Shown: positions 39,150-51,066, numbered from the stretch's first letter. The stretch: 64,000 nucleotides of DNA from Callorhinchus milii (GCF_018977255.1 NW_024704749.1:22134001-22198000); one strand, 5' to 3'. Notes: generated by a model from the sequence alone, not told the origin. Numbers and translations are program-made.

Positions 39150-39715
39150 GTCCAGAGGACACGGCCTGCGATTGAAGGGAGGTAAATTCAGAACAAATCT
39201 GCGGAAACACTACTTTAGTGCGTGAATGGCAAACTTATGGAACAGGCTCCCTAGGGAGACGGTGGAAGCAGAAAATGTCAATTTGTTCAAGAACAAATTA
39301 GATAGATTTCTGTTAGGAAATAATATCTTGGGATACAGTATGCAGTTTGGGACACGACATGTCAAGCAACTGCCAGGATAAATAAACAATCCTTGCATTT
39401 GATATAGTGCTTTTCACGTCTTCTAGACATCTCAAAGCGCTTCACAGAATATACTGTAAAGTGATTGACTGTATGTTTTATGGACAAAAAGCGCCAGCCA
39501 AATGCACACAGCAGCGTCCCACAAACAGTCATGGATCGAGTGGCCAAATTATTATTATATTTTTTCTTGAGGGATTATTATCAGGCGTGTGAAACTTGCC
39601 CAAGGTTTCACCCTGCCGGGAATCGAACCCAGGTCTCTCGCTTGCGAGGTGGGTAGTAGGATGGTGGAAAGCGAACTGGATGGACCTTAGTCTTCTTTCA
39701 TCTAGCAAATTTGTA
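39150..39715 (+). mobile_element. CR1 3' end interrupted by a minus-strand DeuSINE (39383-39652)
   Basis: agaggacacggcctgcgattgaaggga (RGHGLRLKG) ... resumes after the SINE with gaactggatggaccttagtcttctttc. Confidence 0.75.
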
Positions 39716-39764
39716 CGTTGTTAGATATGGCAAACTTGCTAACTTTGCAGAAATTGTTCCACAG

Positions 39765-40001
39765 TGTGTTCCCGCGGGAGCTGAAGGAGGTGTTTGCATC
39801 CTGGAGGCAGGAATGCAGTAACCGTGGCCGGCCTGACATCAGCGAGAGGCTCATCAGTGCTTCCCTCTTCCTGCGATTCCTCTGCCCGGCTGTCATGTCG
39901 CCCTCCCTCTTCAACCTTCTGCAGGAATACCCAGACGACCGCACCGCTCGCACTTTGACCCTCATTGCCAAAGTTACCCAGAACTTAGCAAACTTTGCCA
40001 A
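39765..40001 (+). CDS. DAB2IP: DAB2IP coding exon (RasGAP; [10 protein letters not shown]...FLRFLCPA...QNLANFAK)
   Basis: ccacag| acceptor, aa|gtaagt donor, 237 nt; carries the RasGAP FLR signature and KVTQNLAN motif. Confidence 0.97.
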
Positions 40002-40510
40002 GTAAGTTTTTTGGTTCCAGTTTTTGCACTGTGGCTGGTAGGCACGTAGCAACAGGAGGGGCTCATCCATCTATTAAGCGGAACATCTCATTTCTCATGT
40101 GTTCGGTTTGTTCCAGCACATCTCTTCACCAGATTAAACGGTTTATCCCTTTCATATAATGGTGAAAATGTAGCAACCATGTTACTGCACTTGGCAGTAA
40201 TTACTGCAAGGTACTTTTGAGACATTTTCACGTGTAAAAGTTGAAGAGTGAGAGCAGCTTGTGTGTGAAGTATTACGCAAGGCTGCTTTATAGTTGTGAA
40301 GCTACTCCAATGACTACGACTTGTTGGGTGTTAAAAGTGTTTTATTGCTCAATTGACTGTTAGTTTGTGGGATGTGAAATTCTCTGATTAAAGGATGGAG
40401 ACTCGAGTACTTTGAGATATTTGCATATGTGAAAGGTGTGTTTTAGATGCAAGTTGTTATACTTAATGTTGAGACCCAACAATTAAGATTTTGATCCTGT
40501 TCTCCTTCAG

Positions 40511-40712
40511 GTTTGGTAGCAAAGAGGAATACATGTCTTTCATGAATCAGTTCCTTGAACACGAGTGGACCAACATGCAGCGATTCCTACTGGAGATATC
40601 CAACCCAGAGACCATATCCAATACAGCAGGCTTTGAGGGTTACATTGACCTGGGACGAGAGCTCTCCACCCTGCATTCACTGCTTTCAGAAGTGGTTTCC
40701 CAAATGGATCAG
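40511..40712 (+). CDS. DAB2IP: DAB2IP coding exon (end of GAP; [19 protein letters not shown]...VSQMDQ)
   Basis: cttcag| acceptor, cag|gtacag donor, 202 nt. Confidence 0.96.
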
Positions 40713-41199
40713 GTACAGTTTACATTGTTAGGTGGTAGATCCCAGAAGGAAGCCATTCAGATTCATGTCTGTGTTGGTTCTCTTTGGCTCTTCACTGGAG
40801 TTCTCGAACTCTATTCCTATTCCCTGCTCTTTCCCTTTCACTTCTACATTGCTAAATGGAGAATTCGGTATAATTCCTTATGTATAAAACTGATCAAGAT
40901 GACAAGATTATTTCGCTTTGAAGGAAATTCTTCTTTAAGTCAGTGATAATGTATTTCATTAAAGGTGTCCATCAAATGATCTGCTAAGTCTGAGGGGGTC
41001 TCTTGGGGCTGAGCTGAATCCATATTATGAGCGTTATTTACCCTGAGTGCCACTATTGTAGAACTATTCCTCTCACTCTTCTGTTGATCTGGAGACTGAT
41101 AATTGGAAGAGAAGACTAGATTGAATTGGCTAAAGAAAGTCTGGTTGTAACTGCTTTTACAGCATTTCAAATGTTCAGAGCCCTAGAAAGGTGTGGGAA

Positions 41200-41650
41200 A
41201 GAGTAACATTGTTGATAAGGGAAGAGAGTTAATGGAAAAGGCTATTTGTAACCATACACTCGGGAGGTCCAAGTTAATTTGGATGGAAACTTGCAGCAGC
41301 CAAAGTGAAGGGAGTTGAGCATTGCTTCAGATCGCTCGAGTAGAAAGACAAGATAGATGAGAAACTATTGGAATAAGCAAAGAGTACGTCAGGGAAAATA
41401 AGGTAATAATTCCGGGTGATTTTAATTGCCACGGATTAAAGTTAAATGAGGATTGGGATATTTCAAACAGCAGAGGGAAATTTATGGTCTTAGCTGGTGG
41501 ATAGTTTTGGGGGCTGTCAAATGAGGTTCTGTTCCCATTAAGTTGAATGTTGTGGGACAGAAAGCAGCCAAGAATAACAGTGATACCAGGTTTCATGGAC
41601 TGTGAGGGGAGAAAATGGCATTGAGCGGAGAATGACATACAAGGTTAATA
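41200..41650 (+). mobile_element. Highly degraded CR1-like endonuclease-region fragment
   Basis: gtaataattccgggtgattttaat = VIIPGDFN, resembling the AP-endonuclease GDFN motif; purine-rich context. Confidence 0.4.
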
Positions 41651-42191
41651 TTCAGATTTACGCCAAAAGGTAAAAATAATGGGAAGCGAAACTGAACCAT
41701 TGAAACATTTCAAATGTGAAGTAAATTCAGAAACTGAAATTTCATTGAAAATTGTTCATTGTTGAAACGAGGTGAAAGATATGAGGTGGTGAGGACCAGG
41801 GGGTGTCAAATGGTAATTGCTGAAAGCAACACTCGTGTGTTTATGATGCGATACGTAATAAGATTCTCCAGTGATCAGTGTGTGTGAAAGACCCCGGTGC
41901 AGTGTAGCCCTCTCACAAAAACTCATTCCAATGAGTGAGACTCTTATTTCTGGATCCCCGCGTTGATTTGCTGTTTCCCCGTGTCTCCTCTCCCACGCAT
42001 TGTTTTTCACGTGTTTCTGATGGATGGCTGTTTATCTAATGCATTATCCATTAGTCTGCAAATTCACTGCTCTGAATCCAGCCTCGTGATCTTCAATCTG
42101 TTGCATGCTCCATAACTCTCGTTGCTCTACAAACATCTGTGCACATCAGCCAGCTGTGTGGTCAGTCACAATCAACACTTATTTTCTTCAG

Positions 42192-42373
42192 GCTACTGCA
42201 GCAAAGCTTGGACCTTTGCCTCGTATATTAAGAGATGTCAATGTGGCTCTCGCCAACCCAGGGGCTGTCTCGGTGTCAGCCATCTCTGATCCGTGCACTT
42301 CCACTCCGAATGCCACCAGCAGCAGCCTCTCCTCGGGGCTGCAGAAGATGGTCATAGACAACGACCTGAGTGG
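42192..42373 (+). CDS. DAB2IP: DAB2IP coding exon (ATAAKLGPLPRILRDV...LQKMVIDNDLSG)
   Basis: cttcag| acceptor, gg|gtgagt donor, 182 nt; KLGPLPRILRDV motif of the SynGAP/DAB2IP/RASAL2 family. Confidence 0.95.
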
Positions 42374-42544
42374 GTGAGTGTGAACATTGTCGCTCTTTAG
42401 CTCAAGCTCTTCAATGTGACATTTCTTAGTCACAGTCAAGCTTCCCACCAGAGTGCTCACCGTGCAGAAAGGAGGCTAGATTGCACAAAAAAGCATTTAG
42501 ATTGCATTGGACGCAAATCATGATACAATACAATTCAGAATTAA

Positions 42545-42670
42545 TTTTGTAAAGCGCTTTCACGTCGGGAGGACGTTCCAAGGCACTGCTGAACAGTAAG
42601 GGATTTGGATCTGAGCTGGGGTTTGGGATTAGGAAGGGTGCAGGGCAGGGAGGATAGGAGGGTGATGAAA
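42545..42670 (-). mobile_element. L2 LINE 3' fragment
   Basis: agcgctttcacgtcgggaggacgttccaagg...gggatttggatc, reverse of the subfamily B tail. Confidence 0.72.
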
Positions 42671-43764
42671 GAACATGGCATAAATTGGGCATAACATTCC
42701 CCCTGTGAGTTACTCTTTCCATACCATGTTGCTCTCTTCACCAGAGGCTCTGAGAGTCCCTGGGCTCACAGTTCCCTCCAGTCTACTCCCAACGACCTCG
42801 TCTCATCCCAATCCATCCCATCACTTGTTATATAAAATGAGATCCCACCAAACGCCGGGACTTGTTTTGACATTCCCAGTGATATTTCTCTTCCGGATCA
42901 GCTCCCGGATTCCTTAAGTTCGAAAGGGCTTGAGGAATATTGTATGGAAAGCATTCGGATAGCTATTCCTTCGTTTATTATTTATTGTACCAACTATAGT
43001 GTAATAGCAATGCCTGCCTAGACTGTCCTTGACAAGGAGTTCAGCCTGCAGCTTCGGTGCTTAATCAGCGCACAATCTATTTATTGTCTTGGCCACTCTC
43101 CTGACAGCCGGAGTTAGCATTTAATTAAATGGCTGCAATAAGTGACTTCCTCTCTTCCGACTGCTTTACTTTCAAAACTGGTTTTGCTAAGAACCATCTA
43201 CGAGTCAGCTTCCCGCAGCGAGATACCGAGCCTCAAAGGGCAGCAACGTGTCTTGTGAACGCCTTGAGCTGTTGCAAATCATTTAAAACTCTCAGTAGGC
43301 ATGCAAGGGAGAAGCAGGAACATCAGGAGAGAGAGAAAAAGAGGCCAAAACGGCCAACAAAAAGCATTAGTTAAATCTCTTTCTCTTGTACGGTATAGAA
43401 AGCCCAATTGTTTGCCCATCGTGTTTGTGCTAGCTTTCTGAAAGAATTATCCACTCCCCTGCCTTCCCCCCCAAACCCCATTTCTGCACACATTCTCAGA
43501 TTTTCATTTTTCAAATATTTCTCTGTAGATTTTATTGTGTCCAGGAGGATGGCGGGTTTTTTGCTACTTATAAGGCAGGATAGAAGGATAAAAGCTGGAT
43601 TAAAGCTGGGCTTCTCTTGCTTATTTTCTCTGTTTAGAAAGCACTTGACAAACGTATCGTAGAGGGAGTATAGTAAGACCATAACGTCTGATTCAGTCAG
43701 AGTAAAATGTGATTGTTTTACTGTTATCATTCCAATTGCTATCTTGCTTTTTTCCCCCTTTCAG

Positions 43765-44635
43765 TTTATTAGACTTTACGAGGTTACCCTCTCCTACCCC
43801 AGAAAACAAGGAGTTATTTTTTGTCACAAGGTCCTCAGCTGTGCAGTCCTCGCCCGCTCGCAGTTCCAGCTACTCTGAGACCAACGAGCCTGACCCGCAA
43901 ATGCCCAATGGCAGCAAAAGCCTTTCAATGGTCGACCTGCAGGACAATCGCAGTTTGGACAGCTCGCCCAATGCCCCCAGCGTGGGCGACCCCATGAACG
44001 ACAGCCAGGGATCCAGCGTATCCGTGCCCCCCATAATGTGGCCGACCCAACGGGCACCGCTCCCCCCACAGAGCACCGCTCCCACACTCTGCCGAAAGCC
44101 AGGACAGACAGTGGGCACTCCCAGCTCCGACAGCACGCCCCCAGCACGGCCTCATCTCCTGGCACCGTTATCCTTCCAGAATCCGGTCTATCAGATGGCT
44201 GCGGGCATCCCCCTCTCGCCCCGGGGAGTAGCGGAGCCCGCGATGGACCTCCCCACCTCTCTCAGCAGCGCCGAGGAGCTGATCCTGGCCAAGCACACCC
44301 TCCACGGCCACACCAGCATGGAGGACTTTGCCCGGCGCTCCGGGGAATTCTCGCGGAGGCAGCTCTCGCTGACGGAAAAAATGACCCAGGCCTCGGTGCC
44401 GAGACAGAGCAGCGTAGGGCCACAGCGGCGAATAGACCAGCCCCCGCCGGCAGCCAGAGGTAGGACGCCACCCGCCATGTTAATCAACCCCCCGCAGTAT
44501 CCCAGGCCCTCCAGCGGGGGCATGGCCCCAGCCTCCTCTGAGTGGCCGAGCAGTGGAGCCAAGGTGCGGCAGCAATCCTCGTCTTCCTCCAAGGGAGACA
44601 GCCCCGAGATGAAGCAGCGTGCTGTGCACAAGCAG
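43765..44635 (+). CDS. DAB2IP: DAB2IP large exon (period-like and proline-rich region; LLDFTRLPSPTPENK...RAVHKQ)
   Basis: tttcag| acceptor, cag|gtgaga donor, 871 nt; motifs PARSSSYSE, KSLSMVDLQD and PLSFQNPVY; same frame as ORF 43709..44737. Confidence 0.96.
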
Positions 44636-44713
44636 GTGAGATTCCCCCAACTGCTCGCGAGATGCACACCAGACTGTAAACCTGCAGCCGTGTACCCAGA
44701 ATCGGGCTGCGAC

Positions 44714-45010
44714 AATAATAATAATTCTTGTATTTGATAAAGCACCTTATCACATTGTTGAGACGTCTCAAAGCGCTTCACAGAATATATTGTAAAGGGG
44801 ATAGAGTGACTATTTTTTGTGGGTGAAACACATCCGCCAATTGCGCACAGCAGTGCCCCACAAACAGTCATGGATTGAGTGACCCCAATTTTTTTTTGAG
44901 GGATTGTTTCCCCCAGAAAGCAATCCGACTGCCAACTATGTTCCTACTTGCTGCGAGGTAAACAGAGGCGTCTGATGTAAGGAAACTTGCCTAAGGTCTT
45001 GCTCTGCCCA
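44714..45010 (-). mobile_element. DeuSINE partial
   Basis: Reverse tail, core and post-head region. Confidence 0.82.
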
Positions 45011-45937
45011 ATGTTCCATGCATCTTAAGCTTGGTTTAACCCAAATGCTGGTGTGCAGAGTGACAGTAACTCAGCGCCCCAACCTGTTACTAAGTAGAGC
45101 GCTTGGGACGTCCAAACAAAATAGAATGCTTTCAGAATGATCCTTCAAAGGCTCAGTTCTTCCCTCCAACACATACACGTATGGACGTTTCAAAAGGGGG
45201 CGGGAACCTGGCCTATTGCTGAGGCCAATTCCTGGGCCCTCAGCACCTGTTTGAATCTCTAGAATCTTTGTGGTACACAAGGCTTGGTTTGACTTCAGAC
45301 CGTGGCTTTACTAACCGATCCATCACTGGACCCAGCCCGCCTGCACCTTTATACTTCCCCATAAGCTTTATTATGTAGTGGGATTCACAAAGATGTTCCA
45401 GGGTCAAGGCACGCGGAGCTTAATGATCATTGCTGCCCACAGTTCTGAATGAAATTGGGCGAGTTTGCTTGTTAGCTGGCTGATATCTTACCAGCCGGTT
45501 GTGTCGGGTATTTACCCGATCCGTGAAATGAGCCGGCTTGTTTCCATGGTGATGGTGTCCCTCTGATGTTGCCTGCGGCTCTCATCTCTCTGAAGCTCGT
45601 GTGGCTGGCATGTCTGCTGGCTGCTGCGTGAGATCTGTGCTCCAGCAAAGCCACTGAAACATTCATAGATAGACCAACTCTACACTTAGCTCGTGTCGAC
45701 AGCAAGCACACATAACCAGAAGCAATTTAATGTAAAGTGGAGGTAACTGAGTTAATTGTACTTTACAAATGATGTGGGAAATGAAAATTGGTGTACCTTT
45801 TCTTTTCCAATTTACTGGTTGAGAAATGAGGTTCAGGTCGCTCACTGAGGCCCAGTGTATGATATACCGGGAGGATCACTCAACCCTGCACCAGCATCGC
45901 ACTTTAGCGACCGCACTGTGACTAGGATAATAGTAAC

Positions 45938-46320
45938 GATAATAATTCCGGCATTTGATACAGCGCCTTATCACGTCTCGGAGACGTCTCAAAGCGTTTC
46001 ACTGGATATACTGTAAAGTGTAGTGACTGTATATTTTGTGGGCGAAATGCAGCAGCCAATTGCGCACAGCAGCATCCCACAAACAGTCGTGGATTGAGTG
46101 ACTAGTAGTGGGTAGTGAGCACAGTACGCAGACCACACCTGAGCTGTGAAATTTTTCAAGCTGTTAGTCTTAACATTGTGCCAAAAAACTTAGGATTCCG
46201 CCGAATGTTACAACAATAATAATAATAATTCTTGCATTTGATATAGGGTATTATCACATTTTTAAGATGTCTCAAAGCGCGTCACAGAATATACTGTGAA
46301 GTAAATTACTGTATTTTGTC
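45938..46320 (-). mobile_element. Two DeuSINE 3' fragments (45938-46103, 46215-46320)
   Basis: Reverse tails. Confidence 0.78.
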
Positions 46321-47554
46321 ATAAATTCACCTCTTGCTGTGCTTATGGTGATTTCAAAATACCTGGCTTTCATTTTAAGGCAAAACAGGGCTTGAGACTG
46401 AGGGTGTGAGGGATTTCAGGCGCCTGATCTTCACTGGTAAATCCTGGGCTGACATTTGGAAAGGACGCAGTATCACAGGACACGCTCACACTGGGCAAGT
46501 CACTTGATCCTTTCACCATGTGACAAAGTTGACTGAGTTTATTCGTGAGGAGTTCTGTACTGATGACAGCTGTGTTAACCACCATCTATCTATCTGCTCA
46601 GTGTGGCACTAACCAAGCTTGTTTTTTTTTTAACCTGAACATTGGAAAAATTCCACAGACAGAAAATGACTAGTTTTGCACAGGAGCCACCGAAATTGCA
46701 AGCCGCCCACTCTCTTAATTAGTGGAATTATTTTTACGCAATTTGGTTGCAGGTAGGGGACTGAAGTGAAATCCTACTGTTAATATCCCCCAAAAATGAT
46801 TATCTTAGATTGCAGAATGTGACATTTAATTAGGTCCTATCTTTGAGCAGCCAGCAAATATTCACCTCCAGAGTTCAAAGAGAAGTTATTTTGATCTGGT
46901 GTTGAATGTGATTTTCCCACTCTTGAGTGTGGTCTGATTATGATTTGTCCTGAATGGGTGGATTGAATTTTAATAATAATAAAAATAATCCTTGCTTTTA
47001 ATATAGCACCCTATCACGTCATTGAGACGTCTCAAATCGCTTCATAAATTTACTGCAAAGTGGATTGACTGTATTTGTGGCCATTTTGCCACAAAACACC
47101 CTTTTACAAAGATTTATTAGGACTTGGCAACGATTGCATTCTTACCAGCTTGTTTGTGTCTACCCAGGTACTGATGGTGAAAATTCAAACTAACAATCTG
47201 ACATGTCCTCGTGAAGCTGTTACACTCAATCCAATCACCCAAATATTAGAGTTCAGGCATACAGTGGGTTACAGTACTTAATTTTGGCAAATGTGGCAGC
47301 TAATCTGCCGTTAGCAAATGGCATGTGAGTAAGTTTGTTCCCTATACACAGTTAACATAGAGATCACATTGTGGACATAGCTTGATAAACTAATCACATG
47401 GCTTCCAGTCCCAGCATGAAGCAGACTTTGTAATCAGGAATGTTCCCACAGTACATCAAGCATTGAAGTACCATGGATTATCAGAACCTCTTATCTGTTC
47501 AATAGCTTGTTCCTCAAATTCTACTGCCATCACCTTGAGTCATTGGTCAAAAAT

Positions 47555-47735
47555 TAATAATAATTTGATCACTCAATCCATGACTGTTTGTGGGACACTA
47601 CTGTGAGCAGTTGGCTACTGTGTTTCGCCCACCAAATACACAGTCAATTCACTTTACAGTGTATTCTGTGAAGCGCTTTGAGACATCTCGAAGACATGAT
47701 AAGATGCTATATCAAATGCAAGGATTATTATTATT
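47555..47735 (+). mobile_element. DeuSINE 3' half
   Basis: Core and tail match. Confidence 0.82.
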
Positions 47736-49019
47736 CGAGAAAGTCAGTCTCTTCGAATGAAGTTCACAATCACCAAGAATTTGTTATGATGGGGTTTGAC
47801 TGTCCTGTGTGGAATGAAATTGCTTCAGTGATGTTTATTGTCTCAAGACCGTTGCTGTTGGTTTAGAAACCCACCGGGGATGTAGGTGACATTGCATGAA
47901 CTATCTCTCACCAACCGCTCAGTGCTCAATATCCAACCACAGACAAGCCTGCAGTGTTCAACACGTGGAACGTTTCAGGGTTCAGATCGAAAATAATCAG
48001 GCAGTGTGTGTACAAGAGGGAGAGAAAAACATTAGCCCAGAAATACCCTTCAGCCCTTTTCCGAAGTACACACCATAAATTCTTTTGAAAGGCTATTAGG
48101 TAGATGCTTAAGAGGAGGAATATTGAAGGTTACAGGGAGAGTGGGATTACATTAGCATATGATTCAGTGCAGACTCAATGGGTTGAGTAGCCTGTTGTCT
48201 ATGCTGTAAACTGTTTCCATTCTGTGGTCTCAAAGACAGGCTGCAACATCTCGCACATAAGAGATTCCTCCCAAATTGAAACTGCAGTTTTTTCGTTTTT
48301 GGAGAGAGAGAAAAAAAGATGTGAAAGAATTCTCTGATGAGTATTTTTGCCTCTCCTTCAGAAATTTAATTTTACTCATCATAAGCTAAATATTTTGTGA
48401 AAAAAAGCTTGCATCAGCGACATCTGATCAAGTGGCAGATTGAGGAACTAAATCCGTTTGCACCCACCAGCTTGTTTTTGAGCAGTGACCATAATTAAAG
48501 CACAGTCTGTTTGCCCAGAGGGGGAACTGATGCATTTTGTAATCATTACTATAGCCATTATTAACACTGAGAGAGCCATCCTGCAGGGTCATTAAACCTG
48601 CTTGATACAGTCAGCTGAAGTTATCCCCAAAGCAAGTCAAAATCAAGCCATTTACTTTAGCAGGAACTGGAAGCTCATTGTAATATAAGTGTAATGAAGA
48701 GCTTGGAGTGTGACCAATGAAAGCATCTAACCCAGAATTGCTGTTCCTTGCAGGATTAGTAATCCTGTATCGCGCCCCATTACAATCACCAGAGGCTCTG
48801 ATTAAGGCGGGTTTTCAGTCTATTGGCTTCCGACCTTCCAAATTCCCCCATTAGCATTTTGCCATCACAGCATCAAGCTGTTTCTTAAATACATCCAGCG
48901 TTCCATCTTCAACTCCCGTTCCTGTTACTCTGCCTAGCTGTTGATTTTACCTTCTGTGTAAAGAAGTATTTCCTGGTGTGTCCTACAATTGCCCTTCACC
49001 TCCTGCATCGGGATCTAAT

Positions 49020-49500
49020 TTAATAATAATCCTTGCATTTGATATCGCCCCTTGTCATGTTGAGACGTCTCAAAGCGCTTCACAGAATATATCATATATA
49101 ATAGCATATATAATCTATATAATATAAAATATATAATAGAATAATAAATGGTTTCGTCCACAAATATACAGTCAATTCACTTTACAGCATATTCTGTGAA
49201 GCGCTTTGAGACATCTCGAAGACGTGAAAAGCGCTATATCAAATGCAAGGATTATTATTATATTGAAAAGTGGATTGATTGTGTATTTTGTGGATCGAAA
49301 CGTAGCAGCCAATTGCACACAGCAGTGTCCTACAAACACTCGTGAATTGAATGACCACATTTTTTCTTGATGAATTATTACCTCCGGAAAGCGATCTGGC
49401 AATTAACTAACAACCAGGTTTCCTACTTACTGCTAGGAAGGTGAAACAGAGGCTTGTGGAGTAAGCAATTTGCCTAAGGTTTTGTACCGCCCGCCCGGGA
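49020..49500 (-). mobile_element. DeuSINE (minus) containing a nested plus-strand SINE tail (49150-49264)
   Basis: Minus copy breaks after cacagaatat (~49090) and resumes at aaagtggattgattg (~49267). Confidence 0.75.
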
Positions 49501-50075
49501 ATTAACAAAAATCAAAACATTCCCTTGTGGAAAAATCCATGATGTGAGCCTCAGCAACAGTTTGTGGCAGAGAATTGCAGATTCCAGCCTCCCCTGTGCA
49601 TGCGTAGGGAGTAAAGTCAATTCAGTATTAATAAATATTAGTCTTTTTCATCCTTTGATTCTGGGCTTAAGGATTTGATGAGGAACTAATTCTCCACATT
49701 GCAAATGAAGCTCACGCCCATATTCCACAGGCCGCAACCCATCAATATTTAATAGAATAGAATTTGATATTAACTACTGCTCTCTGGGAAGGAAGCTGCT
49801 TCAGTTGTTTGCTGTGTGTGTAATGGCCACCGCGCCACAGTAGGCGCTGAGCTGCACACCGCTGTGCTCAGTGAATGGCGAATGAAGAAAGAGTAAATTA
49901 AACATACGGGGGTCTAATTTGCAGTATTTCTTAACGATCTTAAGGATCTCATAACAATTCTCATTGACTCGTAAGAAGCTCACCCTGGATTGTGTTCTTA
50001 GTCAATGTGCATCCAGTTTCCACCGGCCAAATTGTATTTTGTGGGCAATGGTCTGATTTAGAAATGTATTAATCA

Positions 50076-50445
50076 TAATAATAATAATCCTTGCATTTGA
50101 TAAAGCACCTTATCACTGTGTCTCAAAGTGCTTCACAGAATATACTGTAAAGTGTAGTGACTGTATATTTTGTGGGCGAAAGGCGGCAGCCAATCGTGCT
50201 CAGCAGCGTCCCACAAACAAACGTGGATTGAGTGACCAAATTATTATTCTATTTATTTATGTTGAAGGGATTATTAACCCCGGAAAAGCAATCTCCCAAT
50301 CGCCTAACAACCAGGTTCCTACTTACTGCTGGGTAAACACAGGCGTGTGGAGTAAGGAAACTTGCCCAACATTTCGCCCTGCCCGGGAATGGAACCCAGG
50401 TCCTCTCGCTTGCGGGGGTGCTCTAACCACTGAGCTACAGGACTT
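50076..50445 (-). mobile_element. DeuSINE, full length
   Basis: Reverse tail, core and tRNA head (ctctaaccactgagctacaggact). Confidence 0.88.
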
Positions 50446-50527
50446 GACTGTAAACTGAGTTGACTGTATATGTGGTGGGCGCCATGTGCTTTCTATGTTA
50501 AGTCTGTTTCTGTCGCTCGGTCGCCAG

Positions 50528-50730
50528 TACCAGCAGGAGATCGTGATGCTCCAGGACAAGCTGAGAGCCTCCAACAGGAAGCTGGAGGAGTATGAGATCC
50601 ACCTGAAGAACCAGGAGGAGCAGGCCCAAAAGATGATGCTGGAGTACCAGGCGCGGCTGGAGGAGGGTGAGGAACGTCTCCGCAGACAGCAGGAGGACAA
50701 GGACATGCAGATGAAGGGCATCATCAGCAG
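50528..50730 (+). CDS. DAB2IP: DAB2IP coding exon (coiled coil; YQQEIVMLQDKLR...MKGIISR)
   Basis: cgccag| acceptor (in-frame alternative CAGs end at 50533 and 50536), ag|gtaagc donor, 203 nt. Confidence 0.93.
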
Positions 50731-50902
50731 GTAAGCAGTCAACCCGATGGGCTACTGTAAATACAGAGCAGAGGTGAGCCGGAGACCTTGTTAACAACAT
50801 GCATTTACAGAGCACACTTCACGTACGATAACATCTCGGGGCCCTCCACAAAGGTGGCTGAGCAAGGGAGGGGGCAACTGACCGTAGGCACGGTTGAAGA
50901 GG

Positions 50903-51066
50903 CTGGAAATTGAAATAAAAACAGAAGTCGCTGGGAACACGCAGTAGTCAGGCAGCATCTATGGAGCGAGGGAAATGAGTTAACGTTTCAAGTCGATGAC
51001 CTTTCGTCAGAACTGTTCTGATGAAAGGTCATTGACCTGAAACATTAACTAATTTTCCTCTCTCCA
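50903..51066. mobile_element. Palindromic Penelope-like element remnant with two inverted minimal hammerhead motifs, nested in an L2 fragment
   Basis: Arms 50962-51013 and 51015-51066 are near-perfect reverse complements; each arm carries CTGANGA...GAAAC. Interrupts a minus-strand L2 3' fragment (50790-50902 / 51067-51145). Confidence 0.7.
50978..51014 (-). ncRNA. Minimal type I hammerhead ribozyme motif (intact core)
   Basis: Minus strand reads AGUU-CUGACGA-A-AGGUC-AUC-GACUU-GAAA-CG-UU-AACU: stem I AGUU/AACU, stem II AGGUC/GACUU, palindromic ACGU stem III, GUU cleavage triplet. Confidence 0.65.
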
